The notes beneath the pieces are model-generated. The model searched no databases. It was not told the origin of the DNA and was given only the letters and a program-made list of their open reading frames with translations. From Isurus oxyrinchus (lineage: Eukaryota): a stretch of DNA of 64,000 nt. Made by a program: the position numbers and the translations under genes. Below are positions 10,230 to 23,780 of this stretch, one piece after another. The stretch covers positions 9,610,001 to 9,674,000 of the forward strand of contig JANJGN010000038.1 of assembly GCA_026770705.1 (NCBI GenBank), read 5' to 3'. Positions within the stretch are counted from its first letter, which is position 1, and every line of letters starts with the position of its first letter.

Positions 10230-12850
10230 TAGTAAGCGGGACACACAGAGAGGAAACTACACAGGAGTGTGAAGTAAGCCGCGTGAACAGTCGGGAAATT
10301 GGCTTCAGTGGGAATAGATGCCGAGGAGCAAAGAGGCACCAGTTTTTGAACCATCTCTCAGCCTCCATTAACTGCAGAAGAAACAAACTGCAGACCAGAA
10401 ATAAAGAGATATCTGGAGACAGCAACGAGAGTTTGTAGATCTCAACGGGTGGGCCTGTGAGTTCAGAGCATTGTGGAGAACTCGAAGAGTGATCCAATAG
10501 CCAAGAAGATAAGTGATTGTCTGCTGAGTATTTTCTCTTTTCTATTTTTTAAACGGGGAAGTTTAATGACGATGTCTCAGTATGAGATTAATTGAATGAT
10601 AAAGGAATAAAACATAAGCAGAACCGGGTCGAGAAGCATTGATTGAAACGTAACAAAGAAATCAATTAATTGATTAATTAATTAAATCATAATATGGAGA
10701 GTAAGGGAGGTGTTGTGTTGCAACTGTAGTATGTAGGATCTGGTGGATATCTACATCATCCACACATGCAGTAAGTGTCTGTAGCTCAAGTAACTCATCT
10801 GAGAGTTAGTGAGCTCGACCCTGGGCTTTGGATGCTGCGATGCTGCAGGAACGGCGAAAGTTACCTGGGCACTTTGTTCCAGATGGCAGACACATGGCTT
10901 TGGCTAGGGTCTCCTGATTTGGTCCGCTGTCATACAGTGAAGGGAATGGCTGTGAGTAAGTCAGATATGGAGATTGAGAAGTTTGAAGTGGAGCAGCCTG
11001 AGCCCTTGCAATGGTCAAATCGGTATTAGGTACTTGGAGCTCATGTGAACCAAATCGTTGGTTGTAGCATTGATAATTGATCTGGCCATGGATTCGAGGT
11101 TCAGGAAGCCATTGAAATGGGGGTGTGGGGTATTAACCAGAAATCTAGAGCAGGTAGGAGACAGTATAGCCAGGGGGTCGACACGGGTTTCTGCAGCTGA
11201 GAGCTTCAGTCCAGAAGGCTCTGTCATCTGCCCAGTGTTGCAAGTCAGGACATGAGTTCCGGGTTGGAGATGGAATATGAAGTTTGCATAGAACTTGTAG
11301 ATACCAGGGCCATAGATCGGACCAAGTTAGAGCTGCTTCTTATGGATTATAGGTAGCTAGGGTCTAAGTTTAAAAAGCAGGACCAGAAAGGCAATAATCC
11401 CTGCATTAATGCGATAGCCGCGCCGCAAATTATCGCATGATAAATTTGAGTACGGAGTGGAATGCATCGATCAAAGGGTGATGTGTGAGAAATCGGTTGC
11501 ACTTCATGGCTTACTGGTGCCAGTACTGTAGAAAGCGGGAATGTGGGATGGTTTTCACCTGAGTCATACTGGGATCTGTGTTCTGACGTGTTCTATACCT
11601 AGGGCGGTGGAGAGGGCTTTAAGCTAAATATTCCGGGAGTCGGGAGAGGGGGTGGTTGCTGGGGACTGTTGTTGGGAGTGTCAGGGGTACAGCGATCACT
11701 TGAGAGGAAATGTGGTGAATTAAGGATAAAGAACAAGGAAATAGGGCAGGACAGTGAAATGTTTAATGGTAACCAGAGTGTGGCAGGAAGTGATAGAGTG
11801 TATAAACCAGTGTTTACGAGATTGGTAACAAAAAGCAGGATTTTAAGCTGTGTATCTGAATGTGCACAGCATTCAGAACAAAATTAATGAATTGATAACA
11901 TCAGTAGACATAAATATGCATGGCCTGATTGACGCTTTACAGAGGTCTTTGCAAGTTGACCATAGATGTTAAATGACTAATCAAACATCTTCCAAATTTC
12001 AGAATGGCGGGAAACTAGAAATAGGTGGCGGCATAGCTTGGATAACTGAGGTTAACATTAGTACAGTAGTGAGCGATGACCTTTGTTCACAAGGTCAAGA
12101 TGTACAATCAGATTGGGAGGAGATAAGAAACAGCAGATGTCAGAATTCTCTTGTGGGAGTAGTTTATAGGTTCCCTAAAAGTATTTACATCATAGTACGG
12201 AGTATACAGGAAAAATAAATATGGCTTGAAAGAAAGTCAATGGAAAGCCAGATATTTTAATCTTCATATAGGTTCCACCAATCAGATTAACAAGGCAGCG
12301 AAGAAGATGAGTTCATGGTGTTCAATATCTAAATTCAGTATGTTCTCGTGCCAATCAGGTAGTCGGCTATTTCAGACATGGTAATGCACAATGAGTCACA
12401 ATTAATTCATAACACCTGGGTAAAAGAGCTCCTAGTGACAGATATTTAAGGAAATATTTCACAACTGTCAGGAAAGATGAATTCCAATGAGAAATAAATA
12501 TTCAATGGGAAGCGTGCACCATTCGTGGATAACTTAAGAAGTTAAAGTTAGTATCACATTGAAACAAATTTACAGCAAAGATCAGAATGTTAGGTAGACT
12601 TTATAAACAAGCAAATAACTACTAAAAAGAAACAATAAGGAGATAGAAATTAGTGCGAGAGAGAAAGCTCAGGAGAAAATTATACATATGTGTGTGCGTT
12701 AGATGTATGTATATATATAAAAAAAGAGTAACGAAATTAGCATTGGATGCTTGGAAGGTGATCCTGGGGAATTAATAATGGGAAGCAAGGAAATGGCGGA
12801 AGCGTTGAACAGATATTTTGAGTCTGTCATCATGGTAAAAGGCAAAACGT
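10230..12850 (+). mobile_element. Degraded CR1 LINE, 5' part (5'UTR, ORF1 esterase remnant, endonuclease remnant)
   Basis: Remnants QVGDSIARG (SGNH/GDSL), GGGIAW, LVGVVYRFPKS, EMAEALNRYFESV; many stops. Confidence 0.7.
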
Positions 12851-13299
12851 ATCGCATGATTATTAAGGGATGAGAACATACGACAATGAATAAAACAATA
12901 TAAGTTTGACGTAAGTAATGAGGGAAGAACGAAATTCACAGGAGGTTATAATTATTCCACGCATTAGAATATCTGGGAAATAAGGAAAACAAACAATATT
13001 CAATTGTCTGTTTAGCGTTTTTCAGCACTGCTCTTTTGCAGTGGCAACACGTGTGGTGTTTCTGCTAACAGGGGGCTGCCCCAAAACAAACCATACACTT
13101 TCTGTTGCAGAGCGCCAAGTCAAGGAACTGGAGGGGCTGTTATGGAGGAAATCACAAATGTAAGGACACATCGGTAGGCTCGATGCTTTAGCTTGCTTCC
13201 CATCAGTGAAAAGAGCGGAGGTGTCAAATTCAAATTTGTTAGAGAGTATTGAACAGAGCCTTCCCTCTCCTCTATCGCTGTTACGTCCTACCAGTTTTG

Positions 13300-13660
13300 C
13301 TGTAATCTTAATTGTTCTCCTGCCATTTCATGCAACCTTTATGAAGTACAACACATCCACACAAAATCACCAACTTCCCTTAAAAAACAATTCAGAATCC
13401 TTCAAAAGATACTGAAGAGTTTCGGAGGGAAATGCCTACCAGCAATTAAGCTACTTGGATCTTTAAGTAGCACCAGTGTATCGCCAAAATTGCATCTCTC
13501 TTGTCCATCAGTTGCAAAGTGATGTGCCCAAGGTTCTGCTGAAGTGAATGGTACAAATCTGGAATCTTGAGGCACCTCAGCCTGTTGGTTTGTGTGACTT
13601 CAGGATAGTGTCCATCCAAAGCAACCCAGCACATTCAGGTGATGGGCCTGTCAGCTGCTT
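13300..13660 (-). mobile_element. Possible piggyBac-like transposase C-terminal (Cys-rich) remnant
   Basis: Scattered minus-strand peptides LDGHYPEVTQTNRLRC, GRHFP and CVVLHKGCMKW resemble the piggyBac Cys-rich domain; highly degenerate. Confidence 0.3.
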
Positions 13661-14070
13661 TTTATCAACGGAATGCTGCTCGTGGAACGCAAGTAAAACT
13701 ATGCTAGACCCTACTAGTACTGCAGCAATGATTTCAACCAACCCTTCTCAAAGCTCTCCACAATCTCATTTCTCGCTTTGTTCAGATTCTTTTATAGGCT
13801 AATTAATAGAGGTTGATTGCATTGATGAGTCAACAACTCCACAATCTTTGCATCGTGCAGGTAGGAAAATGGCGGAAAACAAATTGGATTTTTGTACACA
13901 GTGAATTGTAACACTTATATTTTCTATTATGATGTTGCTTCTTGTTTATATCCCTTTCAGAAGAGGCAAATTAGTGAAGTTTATTTCATTTTCTTTGATA
14001 ACACTGACGATGCTGTCCTGTTAGACTAATCAGCAGAGTAGAAGGTGAATTAAATGTTCTTTTGCCTTAA

Positions 14071-16030
14071 AACCATAAGACCATAAGACATAGGAGCAAA
14101 AATTCCGCCATTCGGCCCATCGAGTCTGCTCCGCCATTCAATCATGGCCGATAAGTTTCTCAACCCCATTCTCCTGCCTTCTCCCTGTAACCTTTGATCC
14201 CCTTACCAATCAACAACCTATCTATCTCGGTCTTAAATACAGTTAATACCTGGCTTCCACAGCCTTCTGTGGCAATGAATGCCATAGATTCACCAGTCGC
14301 TGGCTAAAGAAGTTTCTCCTCATCTCTGTTCTAAAAGGTCTTCCCTTTACTCTGAGGCTGAGCCCTTGGGTCCTAGTCTCTCCTATTAAGGGAAACATCT
14401 TCCCCACTTCCACTCTATCCAGGCCTTTTAGTATTCTGTAAGTTTCAATCAGATCCCCCTCATCCTTATCAACTCCATCGAGTATAGACGCAGAGTCCTG
14501 AATCGTTCCTCATGTGTTAAGCCTTTCATTCCTGTGATCGTTCTCTTGAACCTCCTCTGGACCCTCTCCAGGACCAGAACATCCTTTCCTGAGATACGGG
14601 TCCAACATTGCTCACAATATACTAAATGTGGTCTGACCAGAGCCTTATGAAGCCTCAGCAGCACATTCCTGCTTTTATATTCTAGTCCTCTCGAAATAAA
14701 TGCCAACATTGCATTTGCCTTTCCAACTACCGAACCAACCTGCAAGATAACCTTAAGAAAATCCTGGACTCGGACTCCCAAGTTCTTTTGCACTCCAGAT
14801 TTCTGAATTCTCTCCCCATTTAGAAAATAGTCTATGCCTCTATTCTTCCTACCAAAGTGCATGACCCCACACTTCCCCACGTTGTATTCCATCTGCCACT
14901 TCTTTGGCCATTCTCCTAACCTGTTCAAATCGTTCTGCAGCCTCCCTTCCTCCTAAATACTACTGTCCCTCCACCTATCTTTGTATCATCTGCAAATCTA
15001 GCCAGGATGCCCTCAGTTCCCTCATCTAGATCACTAATATATAAAGTGAAAAGTTGTGGTCCCAACACTGACCCCTGCGGAACTCTGCTAGTCACCAGCC
15101 ATCCTGAGAAGGATCCCCTTATCCCCACTCTCTGTCTCCTGCCAGACAGCCAATCTTCTATCCATCCTACTACCTTGCCGCCAAAATCATAGGCTCTTAT
15201 CTTACTGAACAGCTTCCTGTGCTGCAACTTGTCAAAGGCCTTCTGGAAGTCCAAGTAGATAACATCCATTGGCTCTCCTTTGTCTAACCTACTCGTTACC
15301 TCCTCAAAGAATTCTAACATATTTGTCAGGTATGCCTTCCCTTTGATGAAACCCTGCTGACTTTGCCCTATTTTACCATGCAATTCGAAGTATTCTGAAA
15401 TATCATCCTTAATAATGGACTCTAAAATCTTTCCAACGACGGAGGTCAGGCTAATCGACCTGTAATTTCCCATATTTTGCCTCACTCCCTTCTTAAACAG
15501 GGGGGTTACATTATCGATTTTCCAGCCCTCTGGGACCATCCCTGACTACAGTGATTCCTGAAAGATCACCACCACCGCCTCCACTATCTCTTGAGCTATC
15601 TCCTTCAGAACTCTGGGGTGTAATCCATCTGGTCCAGGGGATTTATGCACCTTCAGACCTTTCAGCTTTCCTGGCACCTTCACCTTGGTAATGGCCACCA
15701 TACTCACCTCTGCCCCCTGACTCTCTTGAACTTTGGGAATGTTACTTGTGTCTTCCACCGTGAATACTGACGCAAAGTACTTATTCAGTTCCTCTGCCAA
15801 TTCTTTGTTCCCTACTACTTCTCCAGCGTCATTTTCCAGCAGCCCAATGTCAACTTTGTCCTCTCTTTTACCCTTTTTTTTATCTAAAAAAACTTTTGTA
15901 ATTTTTTTTATATTATTGGCTAGTTTACCTTCATATTTAATCTTCTCTCTCCTTATTTCTTTTTTAGTTGTCCTCTGTTGGTCTTTGTAGCCTTCCCAAT
16001 CCCCCGGTTTCCCACTGCTGTTTGCCTTTC
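14071..16030 (-). mobile_element. 5'-truncated CR1 LINE (RT domain), relatively young
   Basis: ORFs 15546-16034, 14925-15539 ([25 protein letters not shown]) and 14449-14928; ACCATAAG repeat tail at 14071. Confidence 0.95.
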
Positions 16031-19000
16031 TCATAAGGAAATAAGAAATATGAGCAGGAGTAGGCCATTTGGCCCCTCAATCCTTACCCGCCATTCAGTA
16101 AGTTCATGGCTGATCTGTTCAGGCTTCAACTCTTCTTTCGTGCCAGCTCCTTATAGCCATCAACTCCTCGATATTTCAAAAATCTATCTACCTCCTCTTT
16201 AAATACTTTCAGTGATCTAGCCTCTATAACACTCTGGCTAAAGAATTACAGACATTCACTTCCCTCTGAGAGAAGAAATTCCTTTGCATCTCTGTTTTTA
16301 ATATGTGTCCACTTATTCTGCAATTATGTTCCCTAGTTATAGATTTTCCCACTGGTGGAAATATCTTTTCAACATCAATCCTGTCAAGCCCCCTCAGAAT
16401 TGTACACGTTTCAATAAGATCACCCCGCATTTTTCTAAACTGTGATTAATAAAGGCCTAACGTGTTCAGCCGTTCTAGATAATCAACCCACCCATACCAG
16501 GAACCGCCCTAGTGAATCTATTTTTAACTGCTTCCAATGCCGGTATATCCTTTCTTAAATACGGGGGCCAAAACTGTGCACAATACTCAAGGTGCGGCGT
16601 CACCAACACCCTGTTTAGTTGTAACAAGACTTCCCTATATTTTGGACTCCAACCCCTGATAAATACAGCCAAAATTCTATGTGCCTTTTTAATTATTTGC
16701 TGCATCTGCATGCTAACTTCTTATGTTTCAATCTCAAGAATACCCAGTTCTCTCTGTGCTGCACTTTTTTGGAGTCTCTCTGTATTTAAACAATAGTCTG
16801 CCTTCCGACGCATGACCTCGCACTTTACTACATTAAACTCCATCTGTGACGTCTTTGTCCACTCAGTCAGCCTATCTAGAATCCCCTTGCAGATTCAGTC
16901 TGTCCTCATCACAACATGCCTTCACACTATTTTTGTATCATCAACAAATTTGGGTACATTCACTCTTGCCCCTCCTCCGAATCATTAATATAGAAAGTAA
17001 ATACTTGGGGCTCTAGGACTGATCATTGTGGCACTCCACTAGTTACATATTTCCAACAGTAAAAATACCCAATACCCAACTCTCTGTCTTCTGTGTGTTA
17101 ACCAATCCTCGATCCATGCTAACATATTACCTCCCAATATCATAGACTCCTATCTTGTGAAATAACCCGTTATTTGGCACCTTATTGAATGCGTTCTGGA
17201 AATCCAAATACAGCACATCTACTGGTTCCCTTTTATCAATCCTGCTTTCTTTATCCTCAAAGAACTCTCTCAAATTTGTCAAACATGATTTCACTTTCAC
17301 AAAACCATGTTAACTCTGTTTAACTGCATTAAGCTTTTCTAAATGCTCTGCTATATCTTCCTTAATAATAGACTCAAGCTTTTCTAAACGACAGATGTCA
17401 GGCTGACTGGCATATTGCATTTGGCTTTTTGTTTTCCTCTCCTCTTGAACAGGGGCATCACATTAGCAGTTTTCCAAACCGCTGGGACCCTCCCAGAATC
17501 CAGTGAGTTTTGGAATATTTCGACCGATGCCTCCAGTATTTCTGCAACTGCTTCCTTTAAAACCTTTGGATGCAGGCCATCAGGTCCTGGCGTCTTGTTT
17601 GCCTTTAGTCCCATTAGTTTGTCAAATGCGTTTTCCTTCCTGATAGAGACTTACAGAATCATTCCTTCCATTAGCTCCTCGATTGTCTGATATATTTTGG
17701 ATGTTTATCGTGCCCTCCACAATGAAGACCGAAGCAAAATATTGATTTAAATTACATGCGATTTCCGTATTCCTCATTATCAACTCTTCAATCGTATCCT
17801 CCAAGAGTCCCACTCTCACTTAAGCGAAACTTTCTATTTACATACCCGTAGAAATTCTTGCTGTTTGTTTTTATAATTCTTGCCAAATTAGTTTCATAAT
17901 CAATTGTCTCTCTCTTCATTATCTTTTTAGCAATCTGTTGTTGGCTTCCAAAAAAATTCGAATCCCCTCACCTACCAGTAGTTTTCACCAATTTGGACGC
18001 CCTAGGTTTTGACTCGATGCTCTCTTTGACCACCTTTGTTAACCGTGGGTGGTTCATCCTTCTCAAGTCCTTTTTTTTGCCAGGGATAATTCTTTGTTGA
18101 ACGTTATGAAATATGAGCTTTAATGTTTGCCACTGCTCATCCACTGACCTTCCCCTTAGCCTATTTTCCCAGCCCTCTTTAGACAACTCGTCTTCATACC
18201 TCTGTAATTCTCCTTATTTAGAAAGTCGAAGTCCCTTGAATATTGGGTTCCCAATCTTGGACAGGTTGCAACCACATCTCTGTAATAGCTATCAAGTCAT
18301 ATTCATTTATTTCTGTTTGTGCTTTCAACTCAGCTATCTTGTTATAAATGCTGCAGGAATCCAGCTAAAGAGCCTTTTGCTTTGACTTTTCACCATTATT
18401 GCCCATTCTGGTTCTGATTTCTGCTGCACTCTTCTGCTTATATTTTCTGCCCTTTCTTGTTACACTTTGATCATCGTTCACCTCTTCACTGCTCTATACC
18501 TCTGCTGTTTCGTTTATTTTTGATTTTTAAACTTCCCTTAAATTGATCCATACCCTACCCCCACCCCTCATAATGATTGGTTTAATATCCCATCAACAAA
18601 CCTAGTTATAAGATTTTCCAGGGCAATGGTCCCAATATGGTTCAAACGAAGCCCATCCCAACGGTACAGGTCACTTCTTCACCTGTACTGGTGCCAATAC
18701 CCTAATCAATTGGAAACCATTTCTCCCTCGCCAATCTTTGAGCCACTCACTTATCTCTCTAATCTTTTTTTGTCCAACGCTAATTTTCACGTGGCTCAGG
18801 TAGTGATCCAAATGTTATTTCTTCTGTGGTGCTGCTTTTTAATTTAGCCCCGAACTGCTCGTAGCCCCTCAGCAGCTCTATCTTAGTACGACCTATATCT
18901 TTGGTTCCTACGTAGACCACGACAACTGGATCCTTCGCCTTCCACTCCAAGTTCCCCTCAGTCCAAAGGAGATGTCCTTAACCTTGGCACCAGGGAGGCA

Positions 19001-19945
19001 GCAGAGCCAGCTTTCAGGGCGTTCTGTCTTTACTGCAGAGAACAGTATCTATTCCTATAGCTATGCTATTTCCTATTAATAGCTGTTTTCACTTTCCTCA
19101 CTGCACTTAAAAAGCGTTCTGTGCCACGATGTTGTGGGGTCTGTTCGCTCATCCTCAATGCAGTTTGTGCCCACGTCCACAGTGGGAGCAAGAACCTTTT
19201 ACCTCTTGGACAAGGGACTGGCTGAAGCTCCTCCAGAGCTAGATTGTGGATCCCTGAACCTGCCCCGTATGCAGCCACGCCCTCCAGTCTCTTACCACGG
19301 TCCAAATTTTAAGTAATTAATCTAAGAGGTGTGACTGCCTCCTGAAGCACAGTATCGAGGTAAAACTCCCGCTCCCTGGTGTGTCACAGTGTCTGCAGCT
19401 CAGACCCCTGCTCATCAACTCTGTGCTGAAGTACCTCGAGCAGCCAACATTTATTACAGATGCAGTCACCGGGCATCATACCAGCGACTACCAATCGCCC
19501 ATACTATAGCTGCAACACATCGATTGCCCAGCCAACCCTATTCTATTCAATTAATTAATTTGGATGTTAACTATTTTAAAAGTAAATTTCTAAACTTTAC
19601 TCTTCAGCTCTTGTAACATTTAAAATATTTGGCCAATCAAACCACACACTGAAGGAATTCCCACCAATCACATACCTCTTTTCCTTTGATGTCACACTTC
19701 GGCTCTGACAGGAAGGAATAGGTCCTCCTTTCACATTCCCCTCTAGGTGTTGCAGACTGCCTGTCGCAGGGTCTTCCTCTCACACTCTCCTTTAACTGCT
19801 GCTGACTGCTTGTCACAATAACCTCCTTTCGCACTCTCCTCAAGGTTCTGCTGACTGCCTGCCTCAGGGTCCACCTCTCACACTGACCTGTAGGTGCTAC
19901 TGAATGCCTGTCCCAGCGTCTTCCTCTCGCACTCCCCTCTGACAG
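16031..19945 (-). mobile_element. Older, internally deleted CR1 LINE extending to its 5'UTR
   Basis: Tail CATAAGGAAATAAG; RT remnants KTPGPDGLHPKVLKE and LVTPHLEYCAQFW; ORF1 remnant ~18600-19520; 5'UTR motif CCACCAATCA...TGATGTCAC. Confidence 0.85.
19725..19940. repeat. 49-bp tandem monomer array (~4.5 units) at the CR1 5' end
   Basis: GACTGC/GAATGC landmarks at 19755, 19804, 19853, 19902. Confidence 0.85.
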
Positions 19946-20463
19946 ACTTAACTAATCCCTTCCACTAGTTACATTCCTATTAAATGTATGCACACAAGAC
20001 AGTGACACAGCTGTGTGGGTGCGTGTCGGTGCTTAGTAAAAGGGGTACAGTGCATGGAACAATAAGCATTCCAATTTCAGAGTGTATTCTACCCTCGTGA
20101 TCCAATCTCTACTCAGGAGGGATATTGAGATTCCTTCATTTGACAATTAGAATTCGTATACAATGAGAGATGAGAGGACAGACTCTCTCACCCATATTAC
20201 TCTAGTGATAGTGCGGCGCCTGTGGAGCTGTGAGAATGAACGAGGTTTGGGTCACAACTGGTAAAAGAACCAGAAACTGACCGAGAACACACTGCAAAGC
20301 TGAAATATGTGGTGATAGTTCCTTATACAATTTTAAAATTACACAAGGGGCAAAAATTGTGAAGAGAGTGACTTTGTACCTGCGAAAAGAGGCCAGTTGT
20401 TACATAGAGCTGGAGAACAAACAAATCAGTTATTATGTGCCATTCGTGTAGGATTTACCTTTC

Positions 20464-21373
20464 TCATAATTTAAATAACTTAAAAATTAAACTGAGTAGA
20501 TATTTCACCCTATTTATTAACTCCTCTCTGAATTTACTCTGGCTCCCGGCATAAATAAAAGGATTGATGCAGGAACTGAAAAGTTTCAAGATAAATCCAC
20601 TTTCCTCCAGAACGAAATTTGATTCATTGAAATTGGAACCAGAGAAATAAGTAACTCTCGCAATTCTGGTGTAGAGGAAGATTATAAAAGTTAACGAATA
20701 TAATGTGATGAAGTTGCCTGAAATGGTGAAGAGTAAAACAATGGACTTTCTCCTCCTCTCCATTTCTGGGTCACACTGATTCTCTCCATTGCTCTGGGCT
20801 CGGAGTCTCCTGCGGGCCCGACTGACCGCAAGAATGTGCTTGACAGTCAGAGCATTGAGAAATAAAATCAGAATGGACTGGAGACAAGGGTTAAAAATGT
20901 GAAGAATCCAGTCATATGTCACCCAAGAAGGTGATGTATAAAATATGCCTTTTATGCTGCAGAACCAGGGTACATTGTGAATTGTGTGCGAAGTTTCATA
21001 AATAAAATACAAGAAGGAAGTTATAAAACAGCTGATTGCACAGACTGTTCTGATAACCAGCGCTGCCGCCTTCTCGGTGCAATATTTTATTTTCAACTTT
21101 TGACAACAAATGGCCACAAATCTATCAAAGGTGAAAGCGAACGTTAACAGTGCTGAACAGCCTAAGGCTGCATAGTTGAAGATAGAACGGAGACTGCAGA
21201 GCGGTCTGATGGCCAGAAACTAAACGAGAAATAAATACCAGTGATCCGGTTTAATATCACAGAATTGATAATGACCATGAGGTCCGACACGGCCATAGAA
21301 ACTAAATAGTAAGTGATGCACCTGGAGAGACCGCATCTTCCTCGAGACAGGATCATAGTCACTGCCAAGTTAG
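20464..21373 (-). pseudogene. GPR139/GPR142-like class A GPCR #1, exon 2, 1-nt frameshift at ~21215
   Basis: Acceptor ttacag|CT. ANLAVTMILSRGRCGLSRCITYYLVSMAVSDL...FSF, then shifted frame AIRPLCSLRSIFNYAALGCSALLTFAFTFDRFVAICCQKLKIKYCTEK...SSCINPFIYAGSQSKFREEL...*; DRF and NPxIY motifs present. Confidence 0.9.
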
Positions 21374-21734
21374 CTGTAAGAGAGAGTGAGAGAAATTGAG
21401 TGAGAGAGAGTGTCTTTATCAATTCTTGGGAACAGCAACGCTATTGGTTGAAACACAAAATGATATTCATTTCACTGGTTTCTGTGTCAAATATCCTGCT
21501 TTGCAGTTGATGCTGTTTAGAAATTGTCCTTTATGCGACAGGAACGTCTCCTGTGATTAAAATGATAAATTATGTTTCGTTTTAAAGTAGGAAAGGGCAA
21601 ATACCTAATAAATATAAAATAATGCATTGAAACATGGAGAACCAAAAACCAGTCACAAACACCTTGTATCAAACGTGGGAACGCCACACAGAGAAAGGAA
21701 ATGGCATGAATAACGTTTTAAAGGTGATAGGAAT

Positions 21735-22750
21735 ATGGAGAAATATAGAAACGAGGAGCAGGAGTAAGTCATTGCGGCATTTGAGCCTAGTCCACCATTC
21801 AAAATGATCACAGCTGATCCTCTATCTCAACTCCTGCGCTGGCCCTATACACCTTAGCATCTTTAGAGCCCAGAGATCTACCATTTACCTTCTTATATAT
21901 ATTCAAAAACCTGGGCTCCACAGCTCTCTGTGGCAGAGAATTCCATATGTTCACCACCCTTTGATTGAAGAAGTTTCTCCTCTTCTCAGTTCTAAATTGT
22001 CTACCCCATACCCTGAGACTTTGAACCCTTGTTCTAGACTCCCCAATCAGAGGAACTATCATACATGCATCCCGTCTATCCATCCCTGTCAGAACTTTAT
22101 ATGTTTCTATGAGATTTCCTCTCATTCCTCTAATTTCCAACGAGTACAGGCCTATTCGGACCAAGCTCTCCTTATACGACAATCCTGCCATCCCAGGAAT
22201 CACTCTGGTGAACCTTCGTTGCACTCTCTCTATGGCAAGTATACCCTTTGCCAGGTAAGGAGACCAAAACTACAAACAATTATCCAGGTGTAGTATCACC
22301 AAGACCCTGTACAGCTGCAGTAAGACATCCTTGCTCTTGTCCTCAAGCCCTCTCGCAATGAAGGCCAACATACCATTTGCCTTCTTAATTGCTTGTTGCA
22401 CTTGCATGTTTGCTTTCAGTGATTAGTGTACAAGGACACCCAGACCCCTTTGTACATTAATATTTCCGAGTTATTACCATTTAAATAATTCCCTGTCGTT
22501 CTGTGTTTCCTACAAAAGTGGATAACTTCACAGTTATCGACGTTATACTGCATATGGCAATTATTTTCCCACTCAGCCAACCTGTCAAGGTCTCCTTGAA
22601 GCCTTTTAATAATCTCCTCATCGCTCACATTCCCACCGAGTTTCGTGTCGTCAGCAAACTTGTAAATATTAATTTGGGTTCCACATCCAAATCATTGATA
22701 TATATTCTGAATAGCTGGGGCACAAATACTGATCCCTGTGATACTCCGCG
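21735..22750 (-). mobile_element. CR1 LINE 3' fragment in the GPCR #1 intron
   Basis: ORFs 21808-22224 (QRRFTRVIPGM...RGNLIETYKVL) and 22416-22628; GVSQGSVFVP. Confidence 0.9.
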
Positions 22751-22959
22751 AGTGATATTTAAATAATTGAAGAAAGAGACCGCAAAAGATAAACTAACAA
22801 GAAGTTCAGACCAAAACGTATTTTTACAACGTATTATGTCCAGCTGGGTTCGAGAGGCGGCCTCACTCTGTGAATTACTGTAAAATGGCTCACTACTGGA
22901 AAGCTCCACAGCCTAGCTGTATAAAAATGATCCTCAGATAGAAAGCCACGATAGGGCAA

Positions 22960-23205
22960 TTCATAGTTTCAGACTATTAGAGATTTTGACGAGCCACAAT
23001 AATAACTCCCAGCGCCTCTCCTGGCAGTTGCCTGGGATCTCAGTGGTCGACACGGACCCCCAGAGCTGGCAGATGATAAGGTCTCTTCCCGTTAAAGACC
23101 CCTTCAAGAATGTAACTCCACTTTCGTGCTGCACTGTACTGTCAGGATAAATTTCGTGATATTGCAATTAAAACTTTTGTATCAGATGCGAGAAGTGCCA
23201 GCAAT
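22960..23205 (-). mobile_element. Degraded tRNA/Deu-type SINE
   Basis: Reverse complement resembles the SINE head and body at 86-200; recognised from memory. Confidence 0.45.
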
Positions 23206-23249
23206 TATGTCGGCACAAAATATAGAGAGGAAAGATTGAAGGAGTCGTC

Positions 23250-23780
23250 GCCACATTACCAGAAGGATATGGAGGCGTTGGAGTGGGTGCAGAGGAGGTT
23301 TCCCCGGATGCTGCCTGGTCTGGAGGTTATTAGCTATGAGGAGAGGTTGGAGAAACTCGGATTGTTCTCACGAGTGTGACAGAGATTGAGGGGCGTCTTG
23401 ATAGAAATTTACAAAATTATGAGTGGCATGGACAGAGTAGATATTCAGAATCATTTTCCTGGGGTGGGAGATTCAATTACTAGGGGACATAGATTTAAGG
23501 TGAGAGGAGAAAACTACAGAGATGTGCGGGGCAAGTTCTTTATGCAGAGGGTAGTGAGTGTCTGGAATTCGCTGCCAAAGGAGGTGGTGGAAGCAGGTAC
23601 GATAGTGGTGTTTAAGAGGCGGCTTGACAAATACATGAAGAGGATGGGAATAGAGGGATATGGACCCCGGAAGTGCAAAATGTTTTATTTGACGGGCAAT
23701 GTAATCGGCGCAGGCTTGGAGGGCCGAAGTTCCCGTTCCTGGACTGTACTTTTCTTTATTCTTTGTTCTTTCTTCTTTGT
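23250..23780 (+). mobile_element. CR1 LINE 3' fragment
   Basis: ORF 23386-23814 RGVLIEIYKIMSGMDRVD...TRGHRFKVRG; TTCTTTG-like tail. Confidence 0.9.
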
